DNA of 64,000 nt, from the IMG/VR virus record IMGVR_UViG_3300000976_000008, positions 344,350 through 408,349 of that record. The stretch is one strand, 5' to 3'. The position numbers and the translations under genes were made by a program. The notes beneath the pieces were generated by a model, which was not told the origin of the DNA, made no database searches, and saw nothing but the letters and a program-made list of their open reading frames with translations. Below are positions 1-10,882 of this stretch, piece after piece. The DNA comes from a virus (lineage: Duplodnaviria > Heunggongvirae > Uroviricota > Caudoviricetes). Each line of letters opens with the position of its first letter. Position 1 is the first letter of the stretch.

Positions 1-3000
1 GTTCACGATAGCCCCAAGCTTCGGTACCACCTCCTTCAATGCGATAACCTGCGTGAACTCTATCACCTGCGGATAAAACTAGAACATCTGTAACAAACTT
101 GTCCTGATCCGCAGAACTCGCATCAAACGCAAGATCATGAATGTTGAAAACTTTGTGGATAACTCCATTAACAAAGATTGCTGCCAGTGGGCGATCGTCG
201 GTTTCGACAGTAGAATCCAAAGCAGACGGTACCGCGATCTTTGCTTCGTACTTACCGTCGTTGGGCACAACCATCGACGAGGTAGCATTCGTAGCAGTTG
301 GGTTTTGTGACGCAGCATTGTTATCCACAAAGCCAGCGACCGTAGCAACCATCCCGCCGTCCATAATTGTCACTTCGTTGAACGGATAGACACCGACACC
401 ACCTGTTGAAGTGGCCATTGTAATGTCTTCAATGTCCGCAGCGATCCCTTGGTTATTGTTCAGCTCCATACGACCATGAGCAAGGTCAATTACAGGAACA
501 TCGTCAGGAGTGACAAATTCCTTAGTCGGAAGTTGTTCAATAAGCAAAGAACTTTGAAAAGTTGCACTTGAAGCTTGATTTTCACTTTGATCTGAACCAA
601 TACCCACTTCAATTGGGGAGGTCACATCGAAGATAGCTTCAATTGATCCATGGCTATTTGACCCTCCGATTTGTGCCGTGAATGGCCCCAACTTCACCCC
701 ATTCGTAAAGTCGTAAGCCGTCAACCCCACACTACCGCCCGTAGCAGCAAGTGCCATGTAAGCAGATGCTTTATACCGACCGGGAGGAAGCAAGACAGTG
801 TTGTTAGCGAATGTCCAAGGGTTGTTCGTAGACTGTGCGTGCAGTGCATCAAACTCAGTTTGGAACGCACCATTTACCGACGACGTAGCATTCGGCCCGA
901 TCGTGTCCTTAATCTGCATGTAATGCAACGCTGATGCGGTAAGCGGTGAATCTGAGATCGAAGATTCTGTAAGCAACCATGCTTCGATAAGTCCTTCCAC
1001 GTCGCTACAGACTCTTGCTGTAAGAATGCTGCCTGCTTGAAGCCTCTGGTTGTTGTTTGAAGCTACTGATCGAATATCAAAATCAAACGCTGTGTTGGCT
1101 GGAATGGTCACTTTGGCGGGCGTTTGAATTGTGCCTTGACCGAACACGCCTGACGTACCAGAAACCGTACCAACAGGATCACCGTTGAGAACATCGCGGA
1201 AATGGTACAACCGGTCAATGGTATTACCAGTTCCTGCTGTTTTGAAGTCCGCAACCAGTTCTACCGAGTGGTTTGGTGTTGTTCCCGAGATTCGCCCTGT
1301 TGTATTGTCATAGGCGAATCCAAAATCGTAGATCTGGGCTTGTAACTGGTTTTCGATGTCGAACAGACTATTACCAGAACCTTGCCCACCTACGTTGTCG
1401 GCAAAAGCAGTCACGGTGAACACGTCAACACATGGGGTTTCCGGTTCAGTCAGACCAAAGATGAAATTAAACTGCTCTTGAGATATTGTGATTGCCGACC
1501 CCGTATTGGTCATGTCGTTCCAAGTATGGGCAGGAAAATCGGCGACTGGCGTGGTTGTCGGAAGAAATTGGCCAACGCCAATTGTAGCATAAGTGAGTAC
1601 TCCATTTGTGTTTGTCACTTCAATCTGCACACCCAGAATGAAGTTATTTTGCACGTCTCGTTGATAGCCGACACCCATCAAGTAAAGCGTTTTGGTTTTG
1701 CCGTTTTCAAACTGAACTGATTCGAGTGCAGTTGCACTATCAGCAGTGTCGGTCAATTTGAAGAACGGATCATTAATTTGCAGGGCGTTGGCCGTCCAAT
1801 TAAAGACTTGTAAGGTCGAAGGATTGACGCCAGTTTGTTGAGTGATTAGGAACCGGTCGGTATCTTGCAGTTCCAACGGAACATAGTTCAGGTCGATCTC
1901 TCGTACCGTTAACGTGCCCGTAGCACCGTTGTTTGAACTCAGTGAACCTGTCAGCCCATAATCTGCGTAGATTTGTCGTAATGTAGCTGTGAAACCATTC
2001 AGCAGCTTGATAATTGTTGTTACTTGGTTGCCAACCCGAACATTTGAGACAACCTCAACACGTGCTGCGTTACCAGTCACGGCGGTACCTAATGACGGTT
2101 CAAGAATAACATCCGCCACGCCTCCATTAACCACATATCGCATCGCAGAAGTATGAACTGCAGAAGGATCAATATCCCAAATCAATTTCCATTGATTACC
2201 CGCTTCAACAGGAGCGTCAATATCCGTTTCCAGATATGACCAGTCACCTGCGGGGCCGTCGAGCGTTACGAACGGCCCGTGGGCGTCTATACCTTTAACA
2301 ATACCGAGTGAACCTTGATGTGTAAACTCGTCAATCTGTAAATGGATATCTGCTGTTTCTAAAGGTACTATTCTACGCACTTCAACAGACAGTAAGTCAA
2401 ACTTGTCCGTTGTTGCACCATCAATTCCGATAAGAAAGCTAGTGAAGTTTGCATTTGCCGGTACTCGCCATTCAACAGTAGCGACATCGTCATCAACACT
2501 TTGCGATAGAATGACCGGCAAAGGTGCACTCCCAGCTCTCGAAGCTGTGGCAGTGCCCGTATCTATGTCTAAATTAATATCGGACACATTGGACGGCCAC
2601 GCAGTGCGGAAAGTGATCGTGCCTGTGTCTGCAGGATCAATCACCCACTTCGCTTTGTAGATTTTATCTTCTGCAACTGCTATGTCTGATAAGTCAGTAG
2701 TCCGCCTTTGCGGGAATGAACCGGTGCCATCATATGTGATGCGAGTGATCGGAATTCCCTGTCTGTCTTCCTCCAAGGTTTCAACTGTAGTGTTGTTATT
2801 GGTGTCATCCCAAGTAGAGATAGCTTGCGTCAAAAACGTCGAAGGTTCTACTGACTGATTTAGTGCGGCAACCGATCTAATCCTTGCTATCGGATTTACA
2901 ACGGTCGATCCCCCACCAGCACCAAGACGAACATGCACAGCCCCGGCATCAATATGGGCTTGAGTGATTTCGAAAATATGCGACTTGCTCAAGGCTGTGG

Positions 3001-6000
3001 GCGAGATACGGTCGGCAACGACCTGTACTGGGAGGATATCAACACCACCCACTGTCGTACCAATTGAGATAAATCCGCTTGGCGTAGTGCTACCCGTCAC
3101 GTCGTCAGCCGACAAATCCGCTACATAAAAACCCGGCACATCAAAAGTGATTGTGTAATCGTACGGAGTAGCGTTTGGCACACTTATTTGTGGATCGGCA
3201 GTCTCATCAAGTAGCGATATAGCCCAATTTGTGGTGGCAGACTCTACTTGGTGAAGCGGAATAATATCAACTTCGCCGTTAGATCCAGAAATTTTCCACA
3301 ATCGACCTCTTTCCAAGGCCACTTGAGTTCCACCAGTTCCAGCAATATCAAACGCTTCTGTTCCATCAACATTCCACATTTGCTTATTGTTGTAAAATGC
3401 TACTGTAATTCGAGCATCATCAACTGTTGGATAAACAAAAAATGTTCTATCGCCGAGAGTTGATCCAACAAATGTAATTGCATTGGCTGGTGTTGCATTA
3501 CCATGAACCAAAATTTTACCAGCATCAGCCACAGTTGCAGAATAACCACCGGCTGGAATAATATCTTGGCCATTTGAAGGGAAAGTGTCTAAGAAAGTAA
3601 TATCCAAGCTTTCTTCTTCTTGAATCTTTCTAAAATCAGCATCAACATAAGCACCAGATGTTCCAGTGCCCAAATAACGATATAGAACCCAACCAGAATC
3701 GACAGTCGAATCAGCAGTTCCATCGGCGACAAAAATTTTATCGCCCAATGTCAAATCAGTTAAAAGATTTCTATCGGCATTATTCGCAACATCATGTTCT
3801 GCTGTTCCAAGGCTGTTGATTTTTTCATTTAAAAGTCTACCTTGATTGGCAGACAATGCAGATGCAGTATCAGTACTTGTAAGAGAGTCAATAACTCCCA
3901 CACCCAATGGAACTAACGTATCATCGTTGTCTACTTGATACGTGGTGTTCCCAATGCGAACAGCACAAACACCAGTTTGAAGTTCCAACATATAAGGATC
4001 AAGCAACAATCCTGTTGGTTCTAAAATAAATGCATAAAGACCAACTTGATAAGTTGTGCCACTAGAACTTCCAGCACCAGCTGTGGTGTTCCAGAAGTAC
4101 ATGTTCGCGTTTGCATTATTATTCAACGCTGGTTCAGCAGCAGTAAAATCAATTTCCCCACCGTCAACTTTTACAATCGATGGATTGTCGTAGTATGGAA
4201 CATTGCTATTACCAAACCAACCATCTGATGCTCGACGTTGACGCGGCATACCCACGTCACCATTGATCGAATGTTTAGAGTTACCTTCGTATGCTTGCAA
4301 TATGCCATCAGAACTAACTTGAAGACCTGTTTGTTCAACTTGCGTAGTTCCATCAATAGCGTAACCATAAGCAGTTACATCGAATTGATCATCACCATAA
4401 ATGAATTCATATGTATCTGAGCCTACACTATTTTGTTTAATAAATCGATGCTCATCGAAGCTTCCTGTAGCAAACGTGTGAGTACGTGGGCCATCTGATT
4501 GTAGATCAGCTGACATGATGTTAGGTGGTACAGCACTGGCGTTACTTTCTTTGGTTACTCGCCATCCGTTTGTAGGAGCATCATCAATGAAAGCATTGCC
4601 CGTAAATGGTGCAGCTCCACCACCACCAGCCCATGTGAGAATATCAAGTATTGCTGTAGTCTGAGTAGTTTGATTACGAACATAGATAGGATCAACATTA
4701 ACCGGTGTTCCACCACCGCCAATTTCATCACCCCAAGTACCGAAGTTCGTTCCGTCTGTGCTCCATTCAAGGGCACCAAAAGCGTTAGTGAATCCAACAC
4801 CACCGCCTGCCCTGACTAACTCCAAATCACCAGCCGCAATTACCCACGCTGCTGTTTCATCACCAACAATAGTTAAAACTGGAACAACTACTTGAGCAAT
4901 TGCAGTTAATTGATCTCCCGCTTGGCATTGAGAAATATCAAGATCACCAACAATCGGATCAGATGATGTTATAACACCACCGTTAGTTGGATCAACAACG
5001 TTAAGATACACAACCTTGTCTTGAGTATATGTTCCAAGATCATAATTCGCAACCGCAACAGATGCATCAAGATCAATCGTGGACGATGTAACAGTATTCG
5101 TTGTGTAAGCGATTGCAATACTTCCGCCTACATGCGAGACATAACCTTGCACGCCTCCCGGTATTGCGTACGGCGATAAATTACCACCAGTAGCATCACC
5201 ATTGATGATAGCACCAAAACCACCGGCTACAGCAGTCGTTAATGACGCACCAGCTTGATCTACTTGGAAATGGTAAGCAACATTCTCAGGGAAATTTGTA
5301 AGCAGAGCATCTAAGTCAACAGTGCCAGCAAAGAACGTACGATTTGCTGATGAAGCACCCAGCGGTTTACCATTGAGTTTCCAATCTCCTCGCAAGCAAC
5401 CACCGACGCCGATATCGTTCTCGATCGATGAGCCGGTTGCACCAACGACGCCGATTTCAAGCTCTGACGGACGAAAGCCCTGTGCTGTGTCAGCAACAGG
5501 TGTTTGCCATCGCAAATGCGTAAATGCAGTTTCAGTATCGAGGCACGGTGTGATAGTCTCCAACGGTGGCGTCGTCGCATCACCTGTCTGCGTGACCGGG
5601 ATCGTACCAGTAATGTCTACGAAATTCGTGCCGTCCGTCGAACCAAGGATGCGGAACGCAGCAGAAGCATTCGTACGTGCTTCCGACAACTTCGAGTACA
5701 TGCGGAATTCTTTGAGCCTCACCGGAGCTGGGAGGTTGTACGTGAAGAATCCATTGGTGTTTGCGACAAAGTAACTGTTCGACCCGAAACTACTCCGGTC
5801 GCCATCAACCATCGCACCAGCACCTCCAGGCAGGAAACTGTTCCCACCCGCAATCGTCGACCGGTTACCAACTGAAATTGCGTTTGTATAGTCCTCGTCA
5901 CCATCAATGGTCGGAACCGCATCGTCGTTAAGTACGAAGCTAGTCGCTGACCCAGTGTCATAGACATGAAGCGGAATAATATCGACTTCGCCATTGCTAC

Positions 6001-7924
6001 CAGCAATTTTCCACAAGCGTCCAGCTTCAAGAGTAACTTGAGTACCACCAGTGCCAGCTATATCTAATGTCGCTGTGCCATCAACAGCCCACATTCTTTT
6101 GTGATCATAAAAGGCAACTGTAATTCTAGCATCATCAACTGTTGGATAAACAAAGAATGCCCTATCGCCGAGATTAGATCCTACAAAAGTGATCGCATTA
6201 GTTGATGTAGCATTTCCATGGACTAAGATTTTACCCGCATCAGCAGCTGTTACAGAATAACCACCAGCTGGTATTATCTCTTGACGGTTCGAAGGATAAG
6301 AATCCAATGCAGCCGCAAACTCTGCTTCACCTTGAGCGTTCAGGAGAGTAAGCACATCTCCAGCATTTGCATTGCCTAATTTGACACCTCTGGACTTCAA
6401 GAAAATCTGAGCTTCACCAAGAGAACTTGGTTCGCCAGAATTGTCAATAGTGAAACCAACTTTACCTGAAGCTGAACTAGTGTCACCAGTTAATGATGCT
6501 TCATTGCCATCAATACGCATCTCTCCAGCAACACCGTTTGGATTACCATTGTTGGCTGAGGCAACAACACTACCCAAACCAACATTCAAGTCACCTTCAG
6601 CACCTGGGATGAATGAACTGGTGACGTTAATATCAACATTTCCACCAGTAACATTGATGTCTAACGGACCAACATCATTCCACGTCTGACCGAATCCAGC
6701 GAAGTCTTGAGTGTGGTTCGCATCAGCTGTTGTATCGGCTGTTGTGATACCACTAGGAGGAACAGGAGCATTTTCTTTTGCATACCATGATCCATCAAAA
6801 TATGTGAAGTCCGTCTTTTGGTTTGGTTCAATAGTGACATCAGCACCAGCAAGTCCGGTGACGTCGTACGCAGCGGCACCAGTGTTCACAATAGAAATTA
6901 TCTCTTGAGATCCAGCATAGTCAGCAGAGATATCATAATTTGAGTTGAAATGTTCGACGATTTCAACTTCTGGATCGATTACGACTGCACCAACTTCACC
7001 ATTAACTGATAATACTAAATCAGTATTATCATACTTGATGAAATCAGAACCATCATCGTTGCTACTAGTAACGCCATTGGTAACGACTAGTTTATCATTA
7101 GTGTGAACAGTGATTGGGTTCGTAGTACCAATAGCTGTTCCGTCGGGGTGTGCATTAACAATTAACCATGACTTACCAGTAGCTTCTCCTGTCGGGAGTG
7201 TGAAAGTAGCCGCTCCACCAACATCGAGATTCAATGGTACTTGAATACCTGTTGGCACTGAGCTTATTGTTGAATCAACGTAAGCCTTAACAGATTGTTG
7301 AGTAGGGATTCTTTGATCAGAATCCGATGCCATATTATCTTCATCAATCACACTAGCGGAACTGATGACTTTATTGGCTGTGCTCGATGTGATATCTGCT
7401 GGTTGGGCGACCGGAGTTTGGTGCAATCCATCCGATCCAGCAATTGTTGCATTATTAGGGTCGGAACTTGGTGCTTGTGCTGCGTGCTTGTGATCTGTGT
7501 GAGCTGCCACCCCTGAAGAACCACCAGCACCAATTGCATCATCAGAAGCTGTCGTGGCCGCACCAAAACTAGTCGGTGCTGGAAGAGGAGCTTCTGAGAG
7601 GGCGTTGCCAGTCGCATCATATATTACGGCATATCCAGGTGTGCCTGGGACTGGTGCTCCAGTTCCTGTGGATGGACCACCGCTGCCAGTGCCAGTACCA
7701 CCAATATCAACTAGACTTGGATCACTAAAGCGTGGGTCCAATCTAACTACTGAAGAATTTACATTAGCTCTAGAGTTAAAGAATACTTTAAGAGCATCAT
7801 GTTGCTCAGCAGTCATATCACTGATGATTTCAAGCTTATCATCAATCAACAATTCAACAACTGAATTATCATCAAAGGTTACTGTTGCACCAGCACCTTT
7901 TTGAATGTATCCGGTTACTTCCAT
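1..7924 (-). CDS. Giant tail fibre / adhesin-like virion protein, >2,641 aa, 3' end beyond the left edge of the window
   Basis: Manual translation from ATG 7924 (MEVTGYIQKGAGATVTFDDNS...) gave an open frame to the window edge (...GGGTEAWGYRE), with no stop seen. It contains the fibre motif VIDSLTSTDTASALSANQGRLLNEKI, a discoidin/F5-8-like segment (YNLPAPVRLKEFRMY...FRILGSTDGTNF), C1q/BclA-like segments near the edge (VVPNDGKYEAKI...LVLSAGDRV) and an internal ~114-aa repeat. It is missing from the ORF track because it has no stop in the window. Confidence 0.88.
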   Translation of the reverse strand, partial: MEVTGYIQKGAGATVTFDDNSVVELLIDDKLEIISDMTAEQHDALKVFFNSRANVNSSVVRLDPRFSDPSLVDIGGTGTGSGGPSTGTGAPVPGTPGYAVIYDATGNALSEAPLPAPTSFGAATTASDDAIGAGGSSGVAAHTDHKHAAQAPSSDPNNATIAGSDGLHQTPVAQPADITSSTANKVISSASVIDEDNMASDSDQRIPTQQSVKAYVDSTISSVPTGIQVPLNLDVGGAATFTLPTGEATGKSWLIVNAHPDGTAIGTTNPITVHTNDKLVVTNGVTSSNDDGSDFIKYDNTDLVLSVNGEVGAVVIDPEVEIVEHFNSNYDISADYAGSQEIISIVNTGAAAYDVTGLAGADVTIEPNQKTDFTYFDGSWYAKENAPVPPSGITTADTTADANHTQDFAGFGQTWNDVGPLDINVTGGNVDINVTSSFIPGAEGDLNVGLGSVVASANNGNPNGVAGEMRIDGNEASLTGDTSSASGKVGFTIDNSGEPSSLGEAQIFLKSRGVKLGNANAGDVLTLLNAQGEAEFAAALDSYPSNRQEIIPAGGYSVTAADAGKILVHGNATSTNAITFVGSNLGDRAFFVYPTVDDARITVAFYDHKRMWAVDGTATLDIAGTGGTQVTLEAGRLWKIAGSNGEVDIIPLHVYDTGSATSFVLNDDAVPTIDGDEDYTNAISVGNRSTIAGGNSFLPGGAGAMVDGDRSSFGSNSYFVANTNGFFTYNLPAPVRLKEFRMYSKLSEARTNASAAFRILGSTDGTNFVDITGTIPVTQTGDATTPPLETITPCLDTETAFTHLRWQTPVADTAQGFRPSELEIGVVGATGSSIENDIGVGGCLRGDWKLNGKPLGASSANRTFFAGTVDLDALLTNFPENVAYHFQVDQAGASLTTAVAGGFGAIINGDATGGNLSPYAIPGGVQGYVSHVGGSIAIAYTTNTVTSSTIDLDASVAVANYDLGTYTQDKVVYLNVVDPTNGGVITSSDPIVGDLDISQCQAGDQLTAIAQVVVPVLTIVGDETAAWVIAAGDLELVRAGGGVGFTNAFGALEWSTDGTNFGTWGDEIGGGGTPVNVDPIYVRNQTTQTTAILDILTWAGGGGAAPFTGNAFIDDAPTNGWRVTKESNASAVPPNIMSADLQSDGPRTHTFATGSFDEHRFIKQNSVGSDTYEFIYGDDQFDVTAYGYAIDGTTQVEQTGLQVSSDGILQAYEGNSKHSINGDVGMPRQRRASDGWFGNSNVPYYDNPSIVKVDGGEIDFTAAEPALNNNANANMYFWNTTAGAGSSSGTTYQVGLYAFILEPTGLLLDPYMLELQTGVCAVRIGNTTYQVDNDDTLVPLGVGVIDSLTSTDTASALSANQGRLLNEKINSLGTAEHDVANNADRNLLTDLTLGDKIFVADGTADSTVDSGWVLYRYLGTGTSGAYVDADFRKIQEEESLDITFLDTFPSNGQDIIPAGGYSATVADAGKILVHGNATPANAITFVGSTLGDRTFFVYPTVDDARITVAFYNNKQMWNVDGTEAFDIAGTGGTQVALERGRLWKISGSNGEVDIIPLHQVESATTNWAISLLDETADPQISVPNATPYDYTITFDVPGFYVADLSADDVTGSTTPSGFISIGTTVGGVDILPVQVVADRISPTALSKSHIFEITQAHIDAGAVHVRLGAGGGSTVVNPIARIRSVAALNQSVEPSTFLTQAISTWDDTNNNTTVETLEEDRQGIPITRITYDGTGSFPQRRTTDLSDIAVAEDKIYKAKWVIDPADTGTITFRTAWPSNVSDINLDIDTGTATASRAGSAPLPVILSQSVDDDVATVEWRVPANANFTSFLIGIDGATTDKFDLLSVEVRRIVPLETADIHLQIDEFTHQGSLGIVKGIDAHGPFVTLDGPAGDWSYLETDIDAPVEAGNQWKLIWDIDPSAVHTSAMRYVVNGGVADVILEPSLGTAVTGNAARVEVVSNVRVGNQVTTIIKLLNGFTATLRQIYADYGLTGSLSSNNGATGTLTVREIDLNYVPLELQDTDRFLITQQTGVNPSTLQVFNWTANALQINDPFFKLTDTADSATALESVQFENGKTKTLYLMGVGYQRDVQNNFILGVQIEVTNTNGVLTYATIGVGQFLPTTTPVADFPAHTWNDMTNTGSAITISQEQFNFIFGLTEPETPCVDVFTVTAFADNVGGQGSGNSLFDIENQLQAQIYDFGFAYDNTTGRISGTTPNHSVELVADFKTAGTGNTIDRLYHFRDVLNGDPVGTVSGTSGVFGQGTIQTPAKVTIPANTAFDFDIRSVASNNNQRLQAGSILTARVCSDVEGLIEAWLLTESSISDSPLTASALHYMQIKDTIGPNATSSVNGAFQTEFDALHAQSTNNPWTFANNTVLLPPGRYKASAYMALAATGGSVGLTAYDFTNGVKLGPFTAQIGGSNSHGSIEAIFDVTSPIEVGIGSDQSENQASSATFQSSLLIEQLPTKEFVTPDDVPVIDLAHGRMELNNNQGIAADIEDITMATSTGGVGVYPFNEVTIMDGGMVATVAGFVDNNAASQNPTATNATSSMVVPNDGKYEAKIAVPSALDSTVETDDRPLAAIFVNGVIHKVFNIHDLAFDASSADQDKFVTDVLVLSAGDRVHAGYRIEGGGTEAWGYRE
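3251..3593 (-). repeat. Internal repeat copy 2 in giant fibre (DTFPSNGQDIIPAGGYS...GEVDIIPLH)
   Basis: Closely similar protein and DNA to 5966-6308. Confidence 0.9.
5966..6308 (-). repeat. Internal repeat copy 1 in giant fibre (DSYPSNRQEIIPAGGYS...GEVDIIPLH)
   Basis: Closely similar protein and DNA to 3251-3593. Confidence 0.9.
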
Positions 7925-8007
7925 TTTTATACCGCCCAAAGAATTTACGCAAAGATAGCACAAATTAATTTTGAAGAAAATTTGTGCTCATCATAGAGGC
8001 AATCAAC

Positions 8008-8613
8008 ATGGCAAAAACCATCACCGACACTACTATGAGGGGCAGTGGGATGACCTTTGCCTTTGATGATGGGTCCGTCTCTGAAGTTATCTTCCAATGG
8101 GATAATGATAAGAAGCAATTTGTAATATTAGGAGCAAGAGACGATGAAGAATTAAATTGTATCAAGGCATTTCTAAGAGAAGAGAATATCAACCTTCATG
8201 TTATAGAAGGAATTGATCTTGAGAATAATAGCACTGGTGGAACAGGGTCTGGAAATATAGGAGATCTGAACAATCTCACTACGACTGACAAAACTAGTGC
8301 TGTCAATGCCATAAATGAGGTTAATGGGAATATTGGCAATCTAGCCAATTTAACGACTACAGATAAGTCGAATCTTGTCAATGCTCTCAATGAAGTGAAA
8401 GCAATTGCCGAAGCAGCCACTTCCAATTTTCAGTTTACACAATCAACACCAATATCACCTTGGAATGTTAACCATAATCTAGGTTATAGACCAACTGTCG
8501 CTATTTATAATCCTGGCGGTAAAGAAGTGATGGCAGAAGTTTTGCACATTTCAGCTAATCAAACAATGATTTATTTTGATCTTCCTTTTTCTGGTTTCGC
8601 AACATTCACTTGA
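8008..8613 (+). CDS. Short fibre/decoration protein
   Basis: Start refined to ATG 8008 (AGAGG upstream). Two 25-aa GNIGxLxNLTTTDKxxxVNAxNEV repeats typical of phage fibres, and a C-terminal WNVNHNLG domain. Confidence 0.75.
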   Translation: MAKTITDTTMRGSGMTFAFDDGSVSEVIFQWDNDKKQFVILGARDDEELNCIKAFLREENINLHVIEGIDLENNSTGGTGSGNIGDLNNLTTTDKTSAVNAINEVNGNIGNLANLTTTDKSNLVNALNEVKAIAEAATSNFQFTQSTPISPWNVNHNLGYRPTVAIYNPGGKEVMAEVLHISANQTMIYFDLPFSGFATFT

Positions 8614-8703
8614 TGAAACCGAAGAGTTAAGAATTCAAAAATATTAATCAAACTTTAATTTAAGCCAGTCTTTATTCATTAACCTACAAAGGGAACCTCG
8701 GAT

Positions 8704-9492
8704 ATGTTAGATGTCCAAAGAACGCTTGATTTTGGCAACTCGCGGAGGATTGTGAATCTTCCCGATGGTATCGATGGCCAGCATCCGGCAACAGTGGCTC
8801 AGCTTAACGCTGCTGTTGAAGGAATTGGTTGGAAGGATTCAGTTGTTGCAGCAACCGTTTCCAATATCGACATCAGCACACCTGGTGCCACAATCGACGG
8901 AATCACAATGGCTTCTGGTGACAGAGTCCTAGTGAAAGATCAAACGACGACGAGTGAAAACGGAATCTACATCTGGAATGGTGCTGCGGCAGCCATGACC
9001 AGAGCTGATGATGGAAGCACATCGGACGAACTCGAAGCAGCAATTATTTCTGTCGAAGAAGGAACCAATGGTGGTTCTAACTTCCGTCAGACGCAAGTGA
9101 ACTTTGTACTGGACACTGATCCAGTAATCTTCACAACATTCGCTGCAGCAGTTCCACCAGCAACAGAAACAACTGCCGGTATCGCAGAAATCGCGACACA
9201 GGTCGAAACTGACGCTGGAACAGATGACGTAACAATCGTTACTCCTCTGAAACTCGCAGAATCACCTTGGGCCAAACGACAAGTTACCCAAGCGATTGGC
9301 GACGGTTCAGCTACTTCTTACGCTGTGACCCACAACTTGGATACTCGCGATGTTTCAGTCGTGTGTTATCGAAACAGTGGTAATTTCGATGACGTACTAG
9401 TTGAAGTTCAAAGAACTAGCGTCAACGTAGTAACTATTTTGTTCGATGATCCACCAGCATCAAATGCATTCCAAGTAGTTGTGCGAGCATAA
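8704..9492 (+). CDS. Virion structural (head/tail decoration) protein
   Basis: WKDSVVAAT, GDRVLVKDQTTTSENGIY, ATETTAGIAEIAT and THNL motifs common in phage structural proteins. Confidence 0.75.
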   Translation: MLDVQRTLDFGNSRRIVNLPDGIDGQHPATVAQLNAAVEGIGWKDSVVAATVSNIDISTPGATIDGITMASGDRVLVKDQTTTSENGIYIWNGAAAAMTRADDGSTSDELEAAIISVEEGTNGGSNFRQTQVNFVLDTDPVIFTTFAAAVPPATETTAGIAEIATQVETDAGTDDVTIVTPLKLAESPWAKRQVTQAIGDGSATSYAVTHNLDTRDVSVVCYRNSGNFDDVLVEVQRTSVNVVTILFDDPPASNAFQVVVRA

Positions 9493-10064
9493 TGGTAATT
9501 GAGAGCCACAGGCAGATAGTCCGTGCCAAGGATGGCAATAAGGCATTCAATGACCTCGTTTATCCTGTATCTGGCCAATGGGCCTTGCAGAATAACGAGG
9601 TCAATGGATGGGGCCTGTTGGGTCCGTACGACAATACCAATAGTCAAGACTTAGGTAATTATACCAATTACCTAAGTCTTAACCCCCAACAACTAGGAGG
9701 GTTTAGATTTCCCTTTGATGTCGATTTTATTGAACTCGACATCATATACCGAATCAACAACAATAATACCCAAGATTGGAAATGGTTAATCTACACTCAA
9801 GAGAAAACCATTGCCTCAACAACTCGCAGCACAGAATTAATATACGATGGGCCTCTAGGAATTATTGCGACACCAACACAATACCAACAAACAACAATCA
9901 CTGCAGCTGACCTCACGTTAGCTTATCTCCCAGCGGGTCAATTCTTCTGCTTAGCAGCCGGAACACCGTCACAAGTCGCCAATAGAAATATTCAAATCTA
10001 TGGCGGAAGCATAGTATTTAGGAAAAACGAGGAAGGTCCACCACCTCCCGTCTTCCCGATTTAG
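9492..10064 (+). CDS. Hypothetical protein, likely structural
   Basis: Translationally coupled to the upstream structural gene; beta-rich sequence. Confidence 0.55.
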   Translation: MVIESHRQIVRAKDGNKAFNDLVYPVSGQWALQNNEVNGWGLLGPYDNTNSQDLGNYTNYLSLNPQQLGGFRFPFDVDFIELDIIYRINNNNTQDWKWLIYTQEKTIASTTRSTELIYDGPLGIIATPTQYQQTTITAADLTLAYLPAGQFFCLAAGTPSQVANRNIQIYGGSIVFRKNEEGPPPPVFPI

Positions 10065-10072
10065 GATTCATC

Positions 10073-10882
10073 ATGGCCAAATCAATCTCACTAGCTGAAA
10101 AACTAAATAACGTTCTCAAAGCAGATCCAGTTGTTGAAGAAATAGAATCACTCCTTGAGACAACAGAATCTTTAGGAATGTTCAACAGCAGTCATGATTT
10201 GAAGTCATACGTTACTGAAGGTGCACTACTCAACATCGGTAAAATTAGTGCTCAAGCATTATCACTACCTCATGGAGAGTACATGGTAATGGCTACAGAT
10301 GCTGGTCATACAATGCTTCTCCCAATTGGTTCCTCAGAACCTTCTACGGAAGTGTTCGAATCACTCGAAAACGAATTCGAAGTCCTCACTCCAAGCCTAA
10401 TCCAAGGTTGGCAGAACATCGAAAAAGTGCTTGCTGAAAGAGCAATGCAACCACAATCAGATGTTGAAGGAGAAGAAAACGGAGGAGAGGAATCTGACGG
10501 AGATCAGCCAGGCACCTTCCAAACAAGAATCCAAGCTGGAAGCGTTGACAGAAGCCCGATGCACCGATCAATGGAGCAACAAGGGCATACAGTTACTTCA
10601 CTCGCCCAAGCTACGGGAGTGCAGCCGCCAGCCATTTCAAGACTCCTTCGAACACCAAAAGATCGTCAAGGCGATCCAGGTGGTAGGAATCCAAGCATCG
10701 GACTCGCTAGTAGAGTTGCCAATGCACTTCGAATGGATGTAGAATCATTATTCCCCGACATTTTCGCTGCACCTAAGAGTCAAGTCGGTGCAAAAGAAGT
10801 TAAGGGAAATAGAGGAAGTGGTACTGGAACCACTGGTCGAAAAGGTAAAGCCACTGATAAGTGGACTCAAGGTGCAAATTGA
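10073..10882 (+). CDS. XRE/Cro-C1 HTH domain protein with acidic N-terminal region
   Basis: GHTVTSLAQATGVQPPAISRLL...RNPSIGLASRVANALRMDVESLF matches the XRE HTH pattern. Confidence 0.75.
   Translation: MAKSISLAEKLNNVLKADPVVEEIESLLETTESLGMFNSSHDLKSYVTEGALLNIGKISAQALSLPHGEYMVMATDAGHTMLLPIGSSEPSTEVFESLENEFEVLTPSLIQGWQNIEKVLAERAMQPQSDVEGEENGGEESDGDQPGTFQTRIQAGSVDRSPMHRSMEQQGHTVTSLAQATGVQPPAISRLLRTPKDRQGDPGGRNPSIGLASRVANALRMDVESLFPDIFAAPKSQVGAKEVKGNRGSGTGTTGRKGKATDKWTQGAN

Noticed and set aside
79-7904. The many short ORFs listed in the track in this interval
   Set aside because: They are shadow frames of the single giant - strand fibre gene.
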